Virus record (IMG/VR): IMGVR_UViG_3300006224_000011
Span: 1-62,310 of that record
DNA length: 62,310 nt
From: a virus
Taxonomy: Duplodnaviria; Caudoviricetes
Reading direction: 5' to 3' (one strand)
Position 1 is the first letter of the stretch. Each line of letters begins with the position of its first letter. Under the pieces are notes generated by a model. It saw nothing but the letters and a program-made list of their open reading frames with translations, made no database searches and was not told the origin of the DNA. This document shows positions 19,621 through 30,028 of the stretch, one piece after another. The position numbers were made by a program, and so were the translations under genes.

Positions 19621-20208
19621 ATGATAAAGTTTATCAATGCATGGACAGATGCTGACAAAGCAATTGTATTAGATGCTATAAAGTTATTCTCTGAGATGCT
19701 ATCCAGGTATACTGGTACGTCTCCAGAGGATGCTTTTTCTTGTGTTATGAGAGACATTAACTTTAAGTTGTCCCCATCTATTAAATATCATGGATATGCA
19801 AAAGGCAATACGATCACATTAAAGCCTGGGTTTGTTGAACTTAGACTGGTACTTCATGAGTTAGCACATATATTCTCTAACCGTTTTGAGTACAGAAAAC
19901 GTCCTCAGTATCTTCTTGGAAGATATGGTATTCCTCTTCCTAACAGTAGAAAGTTAGTTACTGGCCCGTACATTGGTGGATATAGTCGAGGTATGGGGAG
20001 GTATGCACAAGTCAATGGATTTATTTCGGATACTATTCAACACAAAAAATCCCAGGTTAATAGTGCTTTTGAAGACTTTGCAGATATGTTAATGAACTTT
20101 ATTTTCGGAATAGAATCTTTTGCAGATAACGATGCCGGACATGCTATATATTATTGGATGGATGAACACATGAGAGAATGGTTGTTACCATGCACGATTC
20201 AAAAATAA
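19621..20208 (+). CDS. Putative zinc metallopeptidase
   Basis: LHELAH (HExxH) plus downstream EDFAD; strong AGGAGG Shine-Dalgarno. Confidence 0.65.
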   Translation: MIKFINAWTDADKAIVLDAIKLFSEMLSRYTGTSPEDAFSCVMRDINFKLSPSIKYHGYAKGNTITLKPGFVELRLVLHELAHIFSNRFEYRKRPQYLLGRYGIPLPNSRKLVTGPYIGGYSRGMGRYAQVNGFISDTIQHKKSQVNSAFEDFADMLMNFIFGIESFADNDAGHAIYYWMDEHMREWLLPCTIQK

Positions 20209-20999
20209 ATATTAGGGGGTTTAGGTACCCGTATGATTTGATGTATAATGTCCCGTCATCTAGATTGGGTTTTGATGGTCATGATTATTATGCAGATAAG
20301 AATGATTGGATAAGGTATAATTTTGATATGATATTACAAAGACTTCGAGAAAATGAAGTCACAGTGGATGAGGTTTATATTTACACAGATTATGATTTTT
20401 ATGTTAGATATACTTTTAGAAAGGGGAATAGTCAAATAAGTATTGATATTACTAGGTATGAATTATCTGATAGATTTGGATATGCACCAATTATTTCTAG
20501 ATTGGAGGAGGCAGTAAGTAAGCTGTTAGAGTATGTCGATAAAAACTGATACGGGCTGGAAATGTTCGATATGTGGTATAGAATATAATATGCAAGGAGA
20601 GGCGTTGTCATGTGAACAAGATCATGATATAATCTATGTAGCATTTAGAAGAGAAGACTTATTCAAATTAATACAGTTTTTATATGTTAGAGACGATAGT
20701 CTTCTACAAGGAACTTTAATAGAAACATTAATGAAATATAGAAATCAACTGAAAGGAAACTAAAATGGAACCAACTGAGAGAGAGAAGAAATTAGTAAAT
20801 TATATTTTATGGCTTATACAAATGCTAAATGGTTATACTTTATTCATAGCATATATGTATAAAAATGGTGAGTGGTTAGAGAATCAATTAAAGCCTTTAC
20901 AGGAAAAAGAAACTGAAAAAGAAATGTTAGAATTTCTTAACACAGAATTTAATACAGGAATATCCATGCAGTTAGACAAAGATTACATAAAAGAGAGAA

Positions 21000-21830
21000 A
21001 TGAGAATAAATAGCATAGGAAATTCTGTACTTTATAATGCATCTAATAGAGATGTGTTTATGGATATTTTTGGTGTTTATGAGTTAGCTGAACCAAAAAT
21101 TAAGTTCGATGTTATATATGCTGATTGTATTTATGATAGTATGGATTTTGATTGGATTTATTGGTGTTACGAATGTTTAAAGGATAATGGAATATTTTTT
21201 GTTCAAACAGACTATCACACGGTGGCTGAATACAAGTATGCTCTCGACAGGTTGTATGGATTTAATGTTTTAAAGGGTGGGTTTGTTAACTGGATAATAA
21301 CTATTCAGGAATGGGGTGGTACATCCAAACGATTTTTCCCCAGAAAACATGATGATATCCTAATGTATGCTAAGGGGAAAGATTATAAATTTTACCCAGA
21401 AAGAATTCAAATAGAGAAAGTAACTAAGGGAACTGACTTCGATAAAAAAGGTACCGGACTAAAAACCCCATGTGATGTCTTCTACGATTTAGGTAATTTT
21501 TCTACCATGTCTAAAGAACGTGTTAAGGGGGTTGATGAAAAAAATATACAGTGGCAAAAACCACTAAAACTTATTAACAGACTCTTATTATCAACTACAG
21601 ATGAAGGTGATTTTGTACTTGACCCCTTTATGGGTAGTGGTACAACAGGAGTTTGGTGTGCACAAAATAAACGAAATTTTCATGGGATAGAAATTGATGA
21701 AGAAGTTTACAACATCGCCAAAAAAAGAATTGAAGAAGAAGTGTATAAAATGTTGGGAGGTAATACTGCCAGAGGAGAAAAAGACAATAATCCCCCTAGA
21801 CATACCATACGTGAATCTATGGGTACATAA
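21000..21830 (+). CDS. Beta-class N6A/N4C DNA methyltransferase with an atypical catalytic motif
   Basis: QKP.KLI..L...T.EGD.VLDPFMGSGTT...GIEID; motif IV reads DCIY. Confidence 0.8.
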   Translation: MRINSIGNSVLYNASNRDVFMDIFGVYELAEPKIKFDVIYADCIYDSMDFDWIYWCYECLKDNGIFFVQTDYHTVAEYKYALDRLYGFNVLKGGFVNWIITIQEWGGTSKRFFPRKHDDILMYAKGKDYKFYPERIQIEKVTKGTDFDKKGTGLKTPCDVFYDLGNFSTMSKERVKGVDEKNIQWQKPLKLINRLLLSTTDEGDFVLDPFMGSGTTGVWCAQNKRNFHGIEIDEEVYNIAKKRIEEEVYKMLGGNTARGEKDNNPPRHTIRESMGT

Positions 21831-21919
21831 AGGTTGTTTATTAGAAATAGAAAATTTACTTGAATTTTTACAAAAAAACTATGAAAAGTGGTATAATTAT
21901 TATGTAATAGGAGAAGAAA

Positions 21920-22150
21920 ATGGAATTAAATAATACTGTAGAAGGAACATTTAAACTGATATTAGAAGCTGAGCCTCTTTCAGAGGCTGGAAGAAAATTT
22001 CTAGAATCTTTAGAATGTCCAGTAAATATTGAGATACGAACCTCACAACCAGCCCAAGAAACCTGCCCTGTTTGTGGTAGTACTTACCTTATCAAAGAGG
22101 GGAAGTGTACTACATGTTACGAATGTGGTTGGAGTAAATGTAATTTATGA
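21920..22150 (+). CDS. Small Zn-ribbon protein resembling an NrdJ C-terminal Cys-rich tail
   Basis: CPVCGS..LIKEGKCTTCYECGWSKC. Confidence 0.55.
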   Translation: MELNNTVEGTFKLILEAEPLSEAGRKFLESLECPVNIEIRTSQPAQETCPVCGSTYLIKEGKCTTCYECGWSKCNL

Positions 22151-22863
22151 CTAAACATCGTTTAACAGTAGATTCTAAAGCTAGATTAAGAAATCTTACT
22201 CAATATGCTAAAATGACTGATGAGGAGTATGATGCTGTTTGGGAAACAAAACTGACTGGTATTGAGGGAGTTACTGAGTTTGAAAAAAGAATCGAAAGAA
22301 AAATAGCCAGTTTTGCTAAAGATTATGATCTAGATGATTTGAAGGCGAATGATAAACTAACCCTTAGAGCATTAGCACAGTCTTATATTACTCTAGAGGA
22401 TTTAGAAAATTATTCTTATAGAGAAAGACTTGGTGGTATCTCCGAAGATAAGATTCTATCAATGGAAAAAATAAATAATATTATGTCTAATTTAAGACGT
22501 GATATTTCCAATATGCAGAATGATCTAAAGATTACCAGAAGAATTAGAAAGGGGGATAAAGAAGAATCGGTTATTAATTATATTGAGGATTTGAAACAAA
22601 AAGCCAAAAGGTTTTACCAGTCTAAAATGGCGTATATTTTTTGTCCGAAATGTGGTATGTTATTAAGTACAGTATGGGTTTTATATCCAGATGCTAAAAA
22701 TAAACTTACTTTTACTTGTAAAAGAGAGATAATTCTCAGTGATGAGCAAAAGGAAGAAAAAGAAAAGCTGTATTGTGATACTACATTTTCGGTAACTACT
22801 AAAGAATTATTAGAAAAAAGAGGTACAAATAGGCAGGACTTACTGCCGGAAAGCTTATTATGA
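22147..22863 (+). CDS. Coiled-coil/Zn protein, possible terminase small subunit
   Basis: Helical protein with LKITRRIRK and a CPKC motif, at the head of the operon leading to the large terminase. Confidence 0.35.
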   Translation: MTKHRLTVDSKARLRNLTQYAKMTDEEYDAVWETKLTGIEGVTEFEKRIERKIASFAKDYDLDDLKANDKLTLRALAQSYITLEDLENYSYRERLGGISEDKILSMEKINNIMSNLRRDISNMQNDLKITRRIRKGDKEESVINYIEDLKQKAKRFYQSKMAYIFCPKCGMLLSTVWVLYPDAKNKLTFTCKREIILSDEQKEEKEKLYCDTTFSVTTKELLEKRGTNRQDLLPESLL

Positions 22864-24119
22864 ACTACAAAAAAACAGACAAATGCAGAAATTGTAAAGG
22901 TGAATTAGTTGATACTCTAAGACTAGGAGATGTATACCCATCTAATTTTGTACCTAATGGTGCAGAAATAGAAAAAGCACCATTAGTATTAGCTAAGTGT
23001 CTTGATTGTGGGCTAGTGCAACTTAGATATACTATAGACCTGGACTTAATGTATAGAAAATACTGGTATAAATCAGGAATCAATAAAGAAATGGTAGCAC
23101 ATTTACAGAATGTTGTTGATTCCATAGAAGAGACAATGGAGTTTAAGTTTGGAGATGCGGTAGTTGATATCGGTGCTAATGATGGTACGATGTTATCGTT
23201 ATATAGTGTCCCAGGGTTGATTAAAATTGGATATGACCCTGCATATAATTTAGCAGAAGAGGCTAGTGGTAAATGCGATTATTTTATTAACAATTACTTT
23301 AGTTCAGAGTATTACCCCCTATCCTATAAAGCGAAAGTTGTAACAGCTATTGCTATGTTTTATGATTTAGAAGACCCTAACAAGTTTATAAGCGAAGTTT
23401 TAAATATTTTATCTGATGATGGAATTTTCGTAATCCAGTTTGCTGATTTAGTTTCTATGTTAAAAACTAATGATTTCGCAACAATATGCCACGAACATAT
23501 AGAATACTATGACTTGCATACTATAAAAAATATGTTAGAAAATCATGGTTTACATCTCTTTAAAGTTACTAGAAACTCAGTGAATGGTGGAAGTCTTAGA
23601 CTTTACCTGGATAGAGGTATCAGACCCGTAGACCCATCAGTTAATAAAGAATTAGAATATGAAAAGCTAAACTATACTCAGGAATCTCTATCTATTCTTG
23701 AACAGGAAATAGATAGAATCAGTAGAGAGGTTTATATTTTTATAAGTTTTGAACATTCTAAGGGGAAACATATCAGTGTATTAGGTGCCAGTACTAAAGG
23801 TAATACTATTTTACAAGTCTTCGGTTTAGATAATTCTTTGATAGATTACGCCGCAGAAGCTAACGAGGCTAAGTGGGGATTAAAAACCATAGGTACTGGA
23901 ATAGAAATTCAATCAGATGAGTTTGTATTTTCTAAGAATCCTAACTACTTATTAGTACTACCCTGGTTTTTTATTAATGATTTTATATCTAAATATTATA
24001 AGTATTTAGATGATGGCGGGGTATTTATAGTACCACTTCCAGAACCTAGTTTAATAACTAAAAAAGGATGGAAAACCCTAAGTTGGAGAAGTTTAAACAA
24101 TGACAGATCAGTCTCGTAA
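22860..24119 (+). CDS. NDP-hexose C-methyltransferase (TcaB9/NovU-like)
   Basis: N-terminal Zn site CRNC...CLDC.LVQL, VDIGANDG, HEHIEYY, NGGSLR, GASTKG and LVLPW. Confidence 0.85.
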   Translation: MNYKKTDKCRNCKGELVDTLRLGDVYPSNFVPNGAEIEKAPLVLAKCLDCGLVQLRYTIDLDLMYRKYWYKSGINKEMVAHLQNVVDSIEETMEFKFGDAVVDIGANDGTMLSLYSVPGLIKIGYDPAYNLAEEASGKCDYFINNYFSSEYYPLSYKAKVVTAIAMFYDLEDPNKFISEVLNILSDDGIFVIQFADLVSMLKTNDFATICHEHIEYYDLHTIKNMLENHGLHLFKVTRNSVNGGSLRLYLDRGIRPVDPSVNKELEYEKLNYTQESLSILEQEIDRISREVYIFISFEHSKGKHISVLGASTKGNTILQVFGLDNSLIDYAAEANEAKWGLKTIGTGIEIQSDEFVFSKNPNYLLVLPWFFINDFISKYYKYLDDGGVFIVPLPEPSLITKKGWKTLSWRSLNNDRSVS

Positions 24120-24333
24120 AACTATCGGAGAGTTAATTGATCAACTTACGACTACGATACTTCGTTGCTGGTTTGCACAAGAAGACATCATGAATACCAG
24201 CTTATCTGAAAAGCAGAGGTTAGATGCCGCTATTCGTGCACAAGAACAGAATGCTAAACGTAGTCAACTAATTGGTGCAATTAATGAGTACTTTAAAGAG
24301 CAGGGGTATACCTCTACTAAAACCTATGACTAA
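24100..24333 (+). CDS. Small helical protein (DUF4254-like)
   Basis: TIGELIDQL...WFAQED...NAKRSQLI..IN pattern, of a kind found next to glycosyltransferases. Confidence 0.5.
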   Translation: MTDQSRKTIGELIDQLTTTILRCWFAQEDIMNTSLSEKQRLDAAIRAQEQNAKRSQLIGAINEYFKEQGYTSTKTYD

Positions 24334-25270
24334 AACTATTTTATTTATTAATCATAAAGAACCCAGATGTGGTATTTATCAAGCCGGTTTGGGTATTTCA
24401 AAAATACTAAAAAAATCTGATAAATATAAATTAGAATATGTTGAGGTAGAAAATTTAGATCAATTTGAAAATTATTTTAATTCTATAAATCCAGATGCTA
24501 TATTATATAATTATCATCCAGCGCCTATGCCGTGGGTAAATTTAGATATTATTAAGCGATATGAAAATCTAGCAAAAAGTGTCGTCATTCAGCATGAAGG
24601 ATTCCATAACCCGGATAACACCACTTTTCAATATTATATATTCGCTAATGCGGCAATGGAACTTTTACCAGAATGGAATAACGTCTTTGTAGTTGGAAGA
24701 CCTTTAAAGAAATATGAAGGAGATTACCCTACTAATAGTGTGCCTGTTATTGGAAGCTTTGGTTTTGGATTTCTAAATAAAAGATATGAACTAATAGCTA
24801 GAACAGTAAATTCTGAATTTGATACTGCGATAATAAATCTACAAATACCTTATGCTAAATATGGAGATAATGATGGGATTGCCGCAAGACAATCCGTAGA
24901 ACTTTGTCAAAGAGAGATTACTAAACCTGGAATAGAACTAAAAGTATCTCATACTTTTTTATCTGAGCAGGATTTACTAAAATTTTTAGCGTCTAATAAT
25001 ATAAATGTTTTCTTGTATGATGATATGCCGGGGAGAGGTTCAGCCAGTACAATAGATTGGGCGCTATCTGTAAAAAGACCCATAGCAGTTAGTAAGACTT
25101 ATATGTTTAAACATTTAGTAACAGAACCTTCAATTTATATAGAAGACAATTCTCTAAAAACTATATTAGATAATGGAACTAAACCACTAGAAAAATTTTA
25201 TAAGATGTGGTCAGAAAGGGAGAATATAAAACACTATGACAGAATATTTGACAGAATTTTCTCTCAATAG
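24326..25270 (+). CDS. GT-B fold glycosyltransferase (GT4-like)
   Basis: CGIYQ, IGSFGFGFLNKRYE, FLSE.DL..FL, SAS..D.ALS..RPIAVS. Confidence 0.6.
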   Translation: MTKTILFINHKEPRCGIYQAGLGISKILKKSDKYKLEYVEVENLDQFENYFNSINPDAILYNYHPAPMPWVNLDIIKRYENLAKSVVIQHEGFHNPDNTTFQYYIFANAAMELLPEWNNVFVVGRPLKKYEGDYPTNSVPVIGSFGFGFLNKRYELIARTVNSEFDTAIINLQIPYAKYGDNDGIAARQSVELCQREITKPGIELKVSHTFLSEQDLLKFLASNNINVFLYDDMPGRGSASTIDWALSVKRPIAVSKTYMFKHLVTEPSIYIEDNSLKTILDNGTKPLEKFYKMWSERENIKHYDRIFDRIFSQ

Positions 25271-25904
25271 ACTTTTAACCGATAAAGATAGAAAAGAACT
25301 TAAACCTATGATAGAAAATATGGCTAGGGCATTACCAGATTTAATTAGTAGAAAAATACCAGAGGCTAATGTTCAGCAGGCATTTGTATACAGAACCGTT
25401 AGAGAATTGTTAGTATTTGGTTATAGTATTTTATCAGTGGGTTGTTATGAAGATACTGCATATGAATTTTTAAAATATCTAGGATTTAATGTTGTCGGTA
25501 TAGACCCTGTTATTAATCACGATTTACATACATTTAAAACAATAAATTATTTAGAGTATGGGATAATTTTTTCTACATCTGTAATAGAGCATGTAGAAGA
25601 TGATGAGCAGTTTATAAAAGATATTTGTGACCTTCTTTCTGTAGATGGGCGTGCTATACTGACTTGTGATTTTAAAGATAGTTATAAATCTGGGGATGCA
25701 GTTCCCTACTCTAATTACAGACTATATACCGAATATGATTTAAATGTTAGACTTAGAAAGGTAATAGAAAATAATGGTTGTAAATATATAGGAGATACTA
25801 GTTGGAAAGGCGAACCTGATTTTTGGTATCAAGGACATAATTATAGTTTTGCTACAATGGTATTTCAAAAAGAAAGGACAAAAAGTGGATATATATTACA
25901 CTAA
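25236..25904 (+). CDS. Class I SAM-dependent methyltransferase
   Basis: ILSVGC, VVGID, SVIEHV and LL..DG..ILT.D. Confidence 0.75.
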   Translation: MTEYLTEFSLNRLLTDKDRKELKPMIENMARALPDLISRKIPEANVQQAFVYRTVRELLVFGYSILSVGCYEDTAYEFLKYLGFNVVGIDPVINHDLHTFKTINYLEYGIIFSTSVIEHVEDDEQFIKDICDLLSVDGRAILTCDFKDSYKSGDAVPYSNYRLYTEYDLNVRLRKVIENNGCKYIGDTSWKGEPDFWYQGHNYSFATMVFQKERTKSGYILH

Positions 25905-26535
25905 ATATGGTAAATTCTTACTTCATCCATATGATTTAATATCAAAAGAACTTATTAAAGGAAATTTTTGGGAACCAGAACTGTTACCAGTTTTTAATAA
26001 ATATATCAATAAGGATAGTGTAGTAATAGAAGTGGGTAGTTATTTTGGGGATCATACAGTATACCTATCGAAGATTGCCCACTCTGTATATGCATATGAA
26101 GGATTTAAAAGAAACTATTACCATCTAATAACTAATATATTTCTAAATAATTGTTTTAATGTTTACCCATTAAATTATGTTATTGGAAATGGAGAAACTG
26201 TACGGGAAGCTAGAGATGTAGATGAGTGGGGGCCAGATTGGTCTTATAACGCCGCAGGAGCTAGATTTGTAGCTGGTACTGATATAACTACATATTTACT
26301 AGATGATTTATATTTTACTAAAGTAGATTTTATAAAAATAGATACAGAAGGTATGGACTTAAATGTTATGCTTGGTGGGGAAAAGTTGATATTGAAAAAT
26401 AGACCTATTATAGTCTTTGAATATAACGAACCAATTTCTGTACCTTTTAAAGAGTACGAAAATTACTTGAATTATATTAACTACTCCTATGAAAAGATAG
26501 GATGGTATAATTATTTGGCTTTACCAAAGGATTAA
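25885..26535 (+). CDS. FkbM-family methyltransferase
   Basis: VIEVGSYFGDHT, LDD, VDFIKIDTEGMD.V..G and RPIIVFE. GTG start after GAAAGGA. Confidence 0.85.
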   Translation: MDIYYTKYGKFLLHPYDLISKELIKGNFWEPELLPVFNKYINKDSVVIEVGSYFGDHTVYLSKIAHSVYAYEGFKRNYYHLITNIFLNNCFNVYPLNYVIGNGETVREARDVDEWGPDWSYNAAGARFVAGTDITTYLLDDLYFTKVDFIKIDTEGMDLNVMLGGEKLILKNRPIIVFEYNEPISVPFKEYENYLNYINYSYEKIGWYNYLALPKD

Positions 26536-26537
26536 TA

Positions 26538-27413
26538 ATGGATAATATTAGTAGAATGATTTTTTACAACCACTTTGGTGCAGGAGATATTTTTGAGAGT
26601 AGGGAATTTGTAAAAGATTATGTACAATTAATGCCTCATTTAGATTTTTATTACGCACACGGGAAACATCCAAAAATTTTACTGGATATCCCAGAATTAA
26701 AATATACAGAAGTTACCGATGCTATGCATCCAATGAATAAAATCACTGTATCAACTGATACTATCTATATCAATACCTGGATAGGAAGAGATGGTAGGTA
26801 TGTACTTCCTGGAATTGGTTGCACAGTAGAAAAACTGTACGAAATGCATAATAGTATTCTGCATGATTTAGGAATGCTTAAACTTACTAGAGATGATGTT
26901 TATTCCTATATTCCAAAAATAGATTTTAGTGCTTACGATGTTAGTGGGGTTCATGACTTTATTTATAATACGAAAAAGAGAAAAAGAGTTCTAATTAGTA
27001 ATGGGCCTGTGCAATCTAACCAAGCATTTAACTTTGATTTTACTCCAGTAATTAACGAATTATGTGTAAAATATCCAGAGATTATTTTTATAGCAACTTC
27101 TTTTACAGATTTGGTATATGATAATTTGTTTTATACTGGAAACACTATAAAATCAGATGGGTTTGATTTAAACGAGGTGGCTTATTTAAGTTGCTATACG
27201 AATCTAATTATTGGAAGAAGTTCAGGGCCTCACACTTTTTCTCAGCATATTGACAACTGGAATGACAAGAATAAAATAAATTTATCTTTTACTTATCAGA
27301 GAACTGGTTCTCATTTTGTATTATCAGACCACCTTCCTATGAAAAAGGAATGGTCTCCAGCAACAGAAACGGTAGATGTGGTAGCAAAGATTTGTGAGGT
27401 GATAGACAGATGA
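26538..27413 (+). CDS. Putative glycosyltransferase (GT9-like GT-B)
   Basis: HFGAGDIF at the N-terminus; L.E.AYLS....LIIGRSSGPH near the C-terminus. Confidence 0.5.
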   Translation: MDNISRMIFYNHFGAGDIFESREFVKDYVQLMPHLDFYYAHGKHPKILLDIPELKYTEVTDAMHPMNKITVSTDTIYINTWIGRDGRYVLPGIGCTVEKLYEMHNSILHDLGMLKLTRDDVYSYIPKIDFSAYDVSGVHDFIYNTKKRKRVLISNGPVQSNQAFNFDFTPVINELCVKYPEIIFIATSFTDLVYDNLFYTGNTIKSDGFDLNEVAYLSCYTNLIIGRSSGPHTFSQHIDNWNDKNKINLSFTYQRTGSHFVLSDHLPMKKEWSPATETVDVVAKICEVIDR

Positions 27414-27542
27414 ATAGGGAAGAAATGCTAAACATGTTAGAATGGGTATCTGATTACTATAGACTAAAGGATGAAAGTCCTTTAATTGCTAGGGATATAC
27501 GTAAAGTTATTGTTGAGCTAGAAAGGCTTTGGAAAATAGAAG

Positions 27543-28445
27543 ATGAGCAAAACTTTAATAGGGATTAATACATACGGACTTTTAGATTTTACTAAGCTTA
27601 CAGTCAAATCTATTATAGATACTGTTAAGCATCCTTTTGATATATGTATTGTAGTAGGAAAACCAGCGGATTTTGAAACAATCAGTTGGGTATTTGATAC
27701 TGGATTACATACGATTATTCACGATCAGAATTATGGTTTTCCAAAAGGACTTAATGATCTATATGATTTTGCTTGGAAGATGAATAATTACGATTATCTT
27801 ATTATTAGTGGGCCGGATATTATAGCGTATCCTAATACAATTGATCTACTTATAGATAAGGCTGAGACATCTGATTGGGAATGGATAAGTTCTTCTCAGT
27901 TTGATGTAAAAGCCTTAGTGAGTATGTACCCAGAAACTAAAGAATATTTTCATGGGCCTAATTTGGTATTCAACGATTTTGGAACTGCTGAACCCTGGAT
28001 GGTGCACAAAGATTGGGATAGACCGGATAGTGTAGAACCTAATGTAATTAAAGATGTACACAATTTATGTCTGTATAAAAAATCAGTAATGGATGCAATA
28101 GGATATATTGATACAGGCTTTTATCCGGCATATTATTCGGATAATGATTACGCCCGTAGGGGTGTAAATGCGGGACTAAAAACTTGTGCACTGAGTAACT
28201 CAGTATACTTCCATTTCTGGAGTAGAACTCTTCATCAGGGGACTAGTGTATCTAACGATAAATACTTTAATAATAATAGAAAATATTACATAATGAAGTG
28301 GGGTGGGGATTTTGGAAAAGAAAAGTGGTTAGTTCCTTTTAATGGAGAAAATCCAATTATAGATGGTATCCAGTATGAAGGAAATTTAAATATAAATACT
28401 AGAGATAGAGAAATGGAAATTATAAATCATTGGAAAAATAGATAA
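27543..28445 (+). CDS. GT2-family glycosyltransferase
   Basis: NYGFPKGLN, GPD, IGYIDTGFYPAYYSDNDY..R and YFHFWS. Confidence 0.8.
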   Translation: MSKTLIGINTYGLLDFTKLTVKSIIDTVKHPFDICIVVGKPADFETISWVFDTGLHTIIHDQNYGFPKGLNDLYDFAWKMNNYDYLIISGPDIIAYPNTIDLLIDKAETSDWEWISSSQFDVKALVSMYPETKEYFHGPNLVFNDFGTAEPWMVHKDWDRPDSVEPNVIKDVHNLCLYKKSVMDAIGYIDTGFYPAYYSDNDYARRGVNAGLKTCALSNSVYFHFWSRTLHQGTSVSNDKYFNNNRKYYIMKWGGDFGKEKWLVPFNGENPIIDGIQYEGNLNINTRDREMEIINHWKNR

Positions 28446-30016
28446 TGCCAATTGTAGAAAAAGTAGAACAAGAGGATTTGATATTATACGAAATTCTGAG
28501 AAATCCAGTCTTATGTACAGAGTTTATTTATAATATTGATCTTCTAGAAAACGAAGAAAAATTTGAATATACTTTGTATCAAAAAGAATTTATGTGTGAT
28601 TTTAACAGCTATGTAAGTTTATCCTGTGCTAGATCAGTAGGTAAAACCGTAGCTATCGTTGGAATTATTGTTTGGATTTTAATAGTTAATATATTTCCTT
28701 TAGAGTATATTATTTATGGAGTACCGGGTAAAGCTCACCTGGAACCAGTCTGGTCTAACTTAGTACGTAGATTTAGAAGTAACTCTTTCCTTAAGTTTTT
28801 CCTAGATAACCGTTCTGGAATAAATAATTCAGAATACATATTAAAATTACAAAACAACTCACAACTAATGTGCAGACTAGCCGGGCAGACTGGTACTGGT
28901 GTTAACTTCATTGGTCTGCATACCCCATTCGTAATGATAGATGAAACCGGATATTTCCCGTGGAGTGCCTGGACAGAGTTGCAACCTATCCTAAATACAT
29001 TTGAATCTGGTTTTAGAATGATGGCATCTGGTGTGCCTACCGGACTTAGAGAGCGGAATGTAAACTACCACTGTGATAGAGAGAACTCTAACTATACTAA
29101 ACATAAAATATCAGCACTTCAAAATCCAAGATTTACAGAAGAAGACAGACTTAAAGCACTTGAACTTTACGGTGGAGACGAGACGGATGATTACATTCAT
29201 CTGGTATTAGGCTTACACGGTAAACCAGTATTTGCTCTATTTGATAGAAATAATATGTCTATTAGTAACTATCCGGTACATAAGATGGTATTGGATGGTA
29301 CAAAATACTTCGATATTATTACAGAATATATAAGCAAATTAGCAATATTTCCCGGTTTACCAGATAAAGATACTCAATGTTTATTTGGGATAGACTTAGG
29401 TTTTACAGAACCTACAGCTATTGTTATATTAACTCTAGATAGAAATGGGGTATTTAAATTTCACGGAAGAATAACTCTAAATAAAGTTAATTATTTCGTC
29501 CAGGAAAAACTAATAGATTATTTAGACACAAAGTTTAAACCCTTTATTATCGGAATTGATGAAGGTTCTGCTGGTAAAGCGGTTATCCCAAGACTTAGAG
29601 AACATGAAGACTTTCTTCATAAAAACTTTAAAGAAAGAATAGTACCGATTAACTTTTCATCTCAGATTGTTTTGGGGGTAGATACAGAAGGTAAAGAGAT
29701 AAAAAGCAAAACAAAACCATTCTCTGTAGGAGTACTACAAGATTATAGTAACAACCATAAAATTATATACTCATCTACAGATTTAGAAATGGTAACCGAA
29801 CTAGAACGAATGACATACAGTAAGACACCAACAGGCGAAATAGTTTATAAAACCCTTACTGAACGGGGTGGAAAGAAGGGAGAAGACCACTTTACATCAG
29901 CTATGCTGTGTGGAGCACTAGCATACTATATGTACAGTGATGTGCTAAATTTCAAGGTTCGTACTAAAAAATTAGCATCTGCCTTTTGGAATGTTCCTGC
30001 TGATAGTTATGTCTAA
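28445..30016 (+). CDS. Terminase large subunit
   Basis: Walker A ARSVGKT, Walker B VMIDE, motif III SGVP, nuclease GIDLG and terminal DH..SA. Confidence 0.85.
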   Translation: MPIVEKVEQEDLILYEILRNPVLCTEFIYNIDLLENEEKFEYTLYQKEFMCDFNSYVSLSCARSVGKTVAIVGIIVWILIVNIFPLEYIIYGVPGKAHLEPVWSNLVRRFRSNSFLKFFLDNRSGINNSEYILKLQNNSQLMCRLAGQTGTGVNFIGLHTPFVMIDETGYFPWSAWTELQPILNTFESGFRMMASGVPTGLRERNVNYHCDRENSNYTKHKISALQNPRFTEEDRLKALELYGGDETDDYIHLVLGLHGKPVFALFDRNNMSISNYPVHKMVLDGTKYFDIITEYISKLAIFPGLPDKDTQCLFGIDLGFTEPTAIVILTLDRNGVFKFHGRITLNKVNYFVQEKLIDYLDTKFKPFIIGIDEGSAGKAVIPRLREHEDFLHKNFKERIVPINFSSQIVLGVDTEGKEIKSKTKPFSVGVLQDYSNNHKIIYSSTDLEMVTELERMTYSKTPTGEIVYKTLTERGGKKGEDHFTSAMLCGALAYYMYSDVLNFKVRTKKLASAFWNVPADSYV

Positions 30017-30028
30017 TAGGAGAGAACT

